Notes under the pieces: generated by a model
Seen by the model: the letters and a program-made list of their open reading frames with translations, nothing else
Databases searched by the model: none
What the model was told of the DNA's origin: nothing
Shown: in pieces, positions 59,001 through 64,000 of the stretch
Position numbering within the stretch: the first letter of the stretch is position 1
Layout: each line of letters begins with the position of its first letter
Program-made: the position numbers and the translations under genes
DNA from: Pecten maximus
Lineage: Eukaryota
Direction: 5' to 3'
Assembly (NCBI RefSeq): GCF_902652985.1
Contig: NC_047023.1
Location: 21,204,001 to 21,268,000 of the forward strand
DNA: 64,000 bases

Positions 59001-62000
59001 AACACGGAATAATTACACAAGTTTAGTAGATAAACAACGGAACATTATTGTTGCTTATGTTTATGAACTCTTCGGTCGATTATTAATTCGCCTATTGTAA
59101 TTTGTAATTAATTAGAAAACATCTTGGGTGGTGTACAAATGATATAACTAAATAGCCAAATAAAAAGTTTGCTATGAAGCAAATGTTTCTGTTTTTCTCC
59201 ACAGTCCCCACAAAACTCGGCCAAACCTGAGGCCAGCGGTTAGAAGTGACAATGTCGGGTGGCAAATTCCATACTCCTGACTGAAAATAGTACGTTTTAA
59301 CGTAAATTGAATCGACTGTTAATTATCGACAAACGAAATCTAGGACCCGGGGAGGGGTCATGTATATGCATGTGTGGATTATATATTTTGATCAATGTTA
59401 CATAAGAAGAAAACGAGATGCTGATATCGAGCTGCTTAACTCACCTGCGTATCATCAATAACAACTGCTGTTTTAATCAATAAGCATCTTGATTATCTGA
59501 TTGCTCCAAGCTATGTCCCTTACCTGTACTCGAATCAGATCAAACGGACTTGAGGCGTCCTTTAGAAAGGTACTCTACCTACCTGTCAAAGCGCTATCCA
59601 CGGGTGGCCACATTAGCCATGTGCAGGTGTCAGGTACATCCAGTTCAAGTTCTTTAGGACTTTGAGCGAATTAGCTCATCAGTTTAGAGTACAGACATAT
59701 TATTTAACATAATTCACAAAATCATATATATACAGGTTCAACCGTGGAACGGCTGATAAACAACGATGATTGGAGAGTGTATTTTTATATTCATTACATC
59801 AAAGTTTCATGTATTTATGATTATGTAATTACATGTTAAAAAGTATGTGTACACATGAGCACATGCATTGAAGTAATAATTCTAACCTTTTCTTTTCCAT
59901 GTGCAGGTGTCAGGTACGTCCGGTAGACATTCTTTTCTGACCTGATGTAAATGTAATTTTTGATAGCGTTGGCGCTTTCGTAACTGCAGCAAGTTATTTA
60001 TATAACCACGAAAATAACATATTTCTGTTAGTTTTACATCATTTGTGAAACGGGATATTTTCACATATATCAGACAATTCAATGTTGACGTTTTACAGCC
60101 GTTTTACCGCTCCCTGCTATGTACTCAAACGGGGTACGGACAAAAGCCCGCACTTGACATTAGCCCCCGGGACATTAGCCCCTACGACGAAAGCCCTTCA
60201 CACTAATAAAAAAGTGGACATTTGCGACATCGATCATATAATACTTGCAAAATGGAACACTATAATAATTCAACAAGTTCGGTAAGTTAATTTGTGTTTC
60301 TAATGTTTTATGTTCTATTACGGACACGTATCTAATCAAAAGTCCGTGGAACAACTGACGTAACAACTAACGGTGATAAATAAAGACATTCAAAAACCTA
60401 TTGTATATTCAAATCCCATACGACTAATTTATCAGACGACACGTTCCCATTCCGACTCGTATCCGTAAATCTATACAGATGTGGTTTACTCTACTCACAA
60501 AAAAATACCAACATTTGGTTAAGTCGTTCCTTAATTATTTTCGGATTTGGAAGATGCATTTATTTCAGCTTTAACGAAGTTGTCAAATTGACCGGCATAT
60601 TCTAAGTCCTGTGCATCGACGAATCATTACATAAAATAATCTTTTGGTTTTCATTCCTTTATATTGGCCTAGAGACCAATTACATTACATCGTTAGCATG
60701 TGGAGCTTTATCAAATTGTTGTATATGAAGAAAATTGTCAAAATGTTATGCAACACATATCCTGTTATATAAATATATAAGAGAAATAATCTAATAGTCG
60801 TACGCTGTGCGCTTCGTCCTGTTCTGCTTAATGAATTATCAAAATGTGACCCAATATGGTAAAATACGGCCCATTATTAATAGAAAGTTATCCTGATGAA
60901 CAATATATCCCGTCCTGTTACATTTCACAAAAGTATTAACATTACGATAAACGATACACATGCAAGTACTATTCAGAAAATTAGCATGATACATTATATG
61001 TGTCGGTATAATATTTACGTATACCATTTATTTAGAATATACGTCCCAGTATATCAAGAAATTTGTCAAAATTTTACACGATGCACATATCAAATTATTC
61101 AAAAATGATCAAATTCTAAGAGTGTGTTTGAACTGAACAAAGATAGTCAGAATCGCCAGGGCTAGATACAGGAAAGGCAACTGGTAAGAAAGTTGGTTTG
61201 ATGTTTTCAGTTCTCGGACACCTGAAACAAGAAAATGGCAATAGTGTTATATTAACGTAAACACAATTATGATATAACGAACCTGCTCCCTAAGACAATT
61301 ATGAAAATGTCAAAGAGAACACGACACTTACGGCGACACACTGCGTAAGTATGCCTTTTGATCGGTCTTAAAATAGACCGCCTGCTGGCGCTGTGTTCGG
61401 CCAGACGTATAACTAGTCATGTGACAACAAGCAACGGGTGAAAAATACACACAAAAATAAGGATACAATGTGGGATTGGGTCCGTTTTTTACGTTAAATG
61501 TATGCTAACCAGCGCATATATAGTTAATATTAGGTCGATAACAGTGTGAATATCGGTATCAACACACGATTTTTATTAATTACGCACTGCACAGTACTGT
61601 ACATATGGGCGGCTACTTACGTTACGAACCGACTGTTTCAACAGATCACAACACGTGAACAGATTTATTGAGAATATCATTTTAATTAAGCTTAGATACC
61701 AATTGGAAATAAGAGATATTGGTTGTCGATTGTGATATGCCCTTGTACAAAACGTCATCGGTCCGATTGCATCACTGCACCAGTCAGATCTTTTCTTATC
61801 GGAGGTAGAAAAGTATCAAACACACGCAACACACGGAACAACGACACTGGTCATTACACTAAAAACAGACGAAGACAATCACAAATAAAACACTTTACCG
61901 GCCGTAATGTTGAAGTTTACAGCGACCGATGTAGGATAGGCGCGGATGATTTATACAGCACATGTAAAGGTAAGCTGGTGCCGGAGGACCATGAACACCC

Positions 62001-62268
62001 GGCTCCGCGGGAGGTGTGAAACCCCGTGCTGCTCTCGCCGGCAAGAAGGGGTGCCCGAGGGCACAAATAAGAAAACATCTGAATTTTACCCAACATATCT
62101 GAATTCCAGCATGCAAATCGGAATTTCATAATACTTATCTGAGTTTCCCCCAACTTATCAGAATATAAAATGTATATCTGAAAAACTAAGACTTTTCGGC
62201 TGAAATTCAGATATGTATTTTAAAACTCAGATTTTTCGCCAAAATTCAGACTTTTACAGTTACCAGTG
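56046..62268 (-). mobile_element. Same CACTG element, copy 2 (6223 bp), inverted relative to copy 1
   Basis: Same ends, 3-bp TSD TAT; ORF track mirrors copy 1; visible differences only in A/T runs. Confidence 0.9.
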
Positions 62269-62843
62269 TATCCTAATCAGTACTGACTGATCATGACACA
62301 ACACTGTTTTCAAAAGCTCTATGTATACTCATGCTTAGGCCTAGCGCTCAGCATTTTGGGAGTGGGGGGATTGGTTGGCCTGTTGTCAGTATGATGTGAC
62401 CAGGTGTGTTATTAGTATTTTTTGTCTTAATTATTATTAAGTAATCCTTATGCTTTCATTTCAGCTAACTACATGTACAATATAATGGGATCATACATGT
62501 ACATAAACATATCTGAGTTAAAAAAACAAAATAGAAATCGGTAATAATTGCCAAGACGATTTAGTTTGTTCATAAAAAGTCGGCTCTTAAAAATCGAATT
62601 TTGTAATCAGCACACACATACATTTGTACATCACACATGTGCAACACACGTTTAATGTTTTGCGGACCCAACTTTTTAGTTAAAACGCGATTGCGTACTT
62701 TAAAATACAACGTAAAGCTATCACGACTCGCTGTCTAGAATGTTCATGTTACATTTTAGCACATAAAACAAACAATATTCTACTCTTCAAGGATAATACA
62801 CATGAAGGTCATATATTAGTTATTACACAAGTGCGATACGTAC

Positions 62844-62859
62844 AAGTCTTGGTCGCCAT
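62844..62859 (-). CDS. NDUFS7: NDUFS7 exon 1
   Basis: aaaATG GCG ACC AAG ACT T|gtacgt; phase 1 fits exon 2. Confidence 0.8.
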
Positions 62860-62917
62860 TTTCACGCAATTGAAAACGAGGCTATTTTTCTTTGGGCATG
62901 CGCATGAAGAAGCAACA
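62860..62917. promoter_or_regulatory. Compact bidirectional promoter with NRF-1-like site
   Basis: GCATGCGCAT between two divergent ATGGCG starts. Confidence 0.65.
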
Positions 62918-62941
62918 ATGGCGGACACCTCGGAGCTCAAG
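62918..62941 (+). CDS. Probable first coding exon of an unidentified gene (MADTSELK), GC-AG intron
   Basis: caacaATGGCGGAC strong start context; AAG|GCAAGT non-canonical donor; no downstream exon recognised in window. Confidence 0.55.
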
Positions 62942-64000
62942 GCAAGTCTTCAGTTAGAATATAGTCGAATACTTCTTATGTATGACAGTTATGAATATAT
63001 CAATGTGAAATTATCATAGAGTTAAATGGTTCCGATGCACGTCATTCATTTCATAACAATTTATAACCATTTGAACGTCGGAGCGGTGATTAAACATAGA
63101 TGAAATTGGCTCTTTTTGAGAGAAACCGTGACCTCATTTCGGGAATCAGGATGAAATGGGTCTCTCTTCAAAAAATATCGCTTCAGTATGTTTATATATG
63201 TTTATTCGTGTAGTGTTTATCGCACTCGATTGGCATAACATAAATTGGTTTTGTAAATATTGCCGTAAAGTACATTTTATGGAGGTTTAAAATTCGAAGT
63301 GGAGGCAATCTCCTCGCATTTTTTTTTGTTCGTAGAACAACCAAAGGGACTTAACTGTGCAAGGAAAGTAGGTCAACAGAATTCTTTTTGTACAGCCGCG
63401 ATATTAACGACGCACATTATATCGAACTTTGCAAAACGATAATAATTGGAACTTCTGTCTGGAATGTATTATGAAATTCTTCTTATAGGGTTATTTTCAG
63501 TTGTAGCAACTTCACCAGATAACATATAGTGTGGTAATTGATAAATTCTATAGTTAAGTTTGTGAATCATGCTTTTACATAAAGTGTGTTACGTATATGT
63601 ATATACTGTGTGTACTGAGTATGGCGATTCCCTATAATATGAACAATCAAGGTAAAAAGCTAGATTCAATGTGTAAATTGAACTTGTTCCCAATTTCTAA
63701 AATTTTTAACCTGTTTGATTTAATGAAAAATGATAGTGAAGTTCTGAATGATTAATGTAGATGGCAGTGTTGCATGGTGGCCATCTTGAATTTTGTTCCA
63801 ACTTTTGAATTTAGTCAAGCTAAATATATTACATTTCATATTCCTGAAAGGAATTTTGGAAAAATATTGTTTATAAGAAGCATTGATAAAGTTCTACAAT
63901 TCATGTCTTTTCCCTTTATATATTTTTTGCATTATTATTTGTCCAACAAATTCTGTAGAAACATTAAATCCAAATCTATCATATGGGGTTTTAAACAACC

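Overview
AT-rich, intron-containing animal genomic DNA. The repeat families resemble those of bivalve molluscs (inference). Genes: the 5' part of a FERM-domain gene resembling EPB41L4A (- strand, 8 exons visible, running off the left edge), head-to-head with a complete 5-exon RPS15 (+); a single-coding-exon atypical class-A-like GPCR (-); a complete 6-exon NDUFS7 (-), head-to-head with a probable first exon of an unidentified gene whose ATG is only 58 nt away. Mobile DNA: two near-identical 6.2-kb CACTG-ended elements with ~740-770-bp TIRs and 3-bp TSDs, a mariner fossil, two V-domain tRNA-SINEs, several MITEs, a Helentron-type (HINE) remnant, a tRNA-containing solo LTR and a minimal Penelope-type hammerhead motif. 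The most striking pattern is tandem arrays made from a gene's own exon end plus splice donor, extending into the intron: ~80 x 62 bp in NDUFS7, ~4 x 61 bp in EPB41L4A, and 32-bp donor arrays upstream of the GPCR. In the first two, each unit becomes an AG...GT-framed micro-exon, and in NDUFS7 it is in frame. Coordinates were read by eye; repeat boundaries are approximate.
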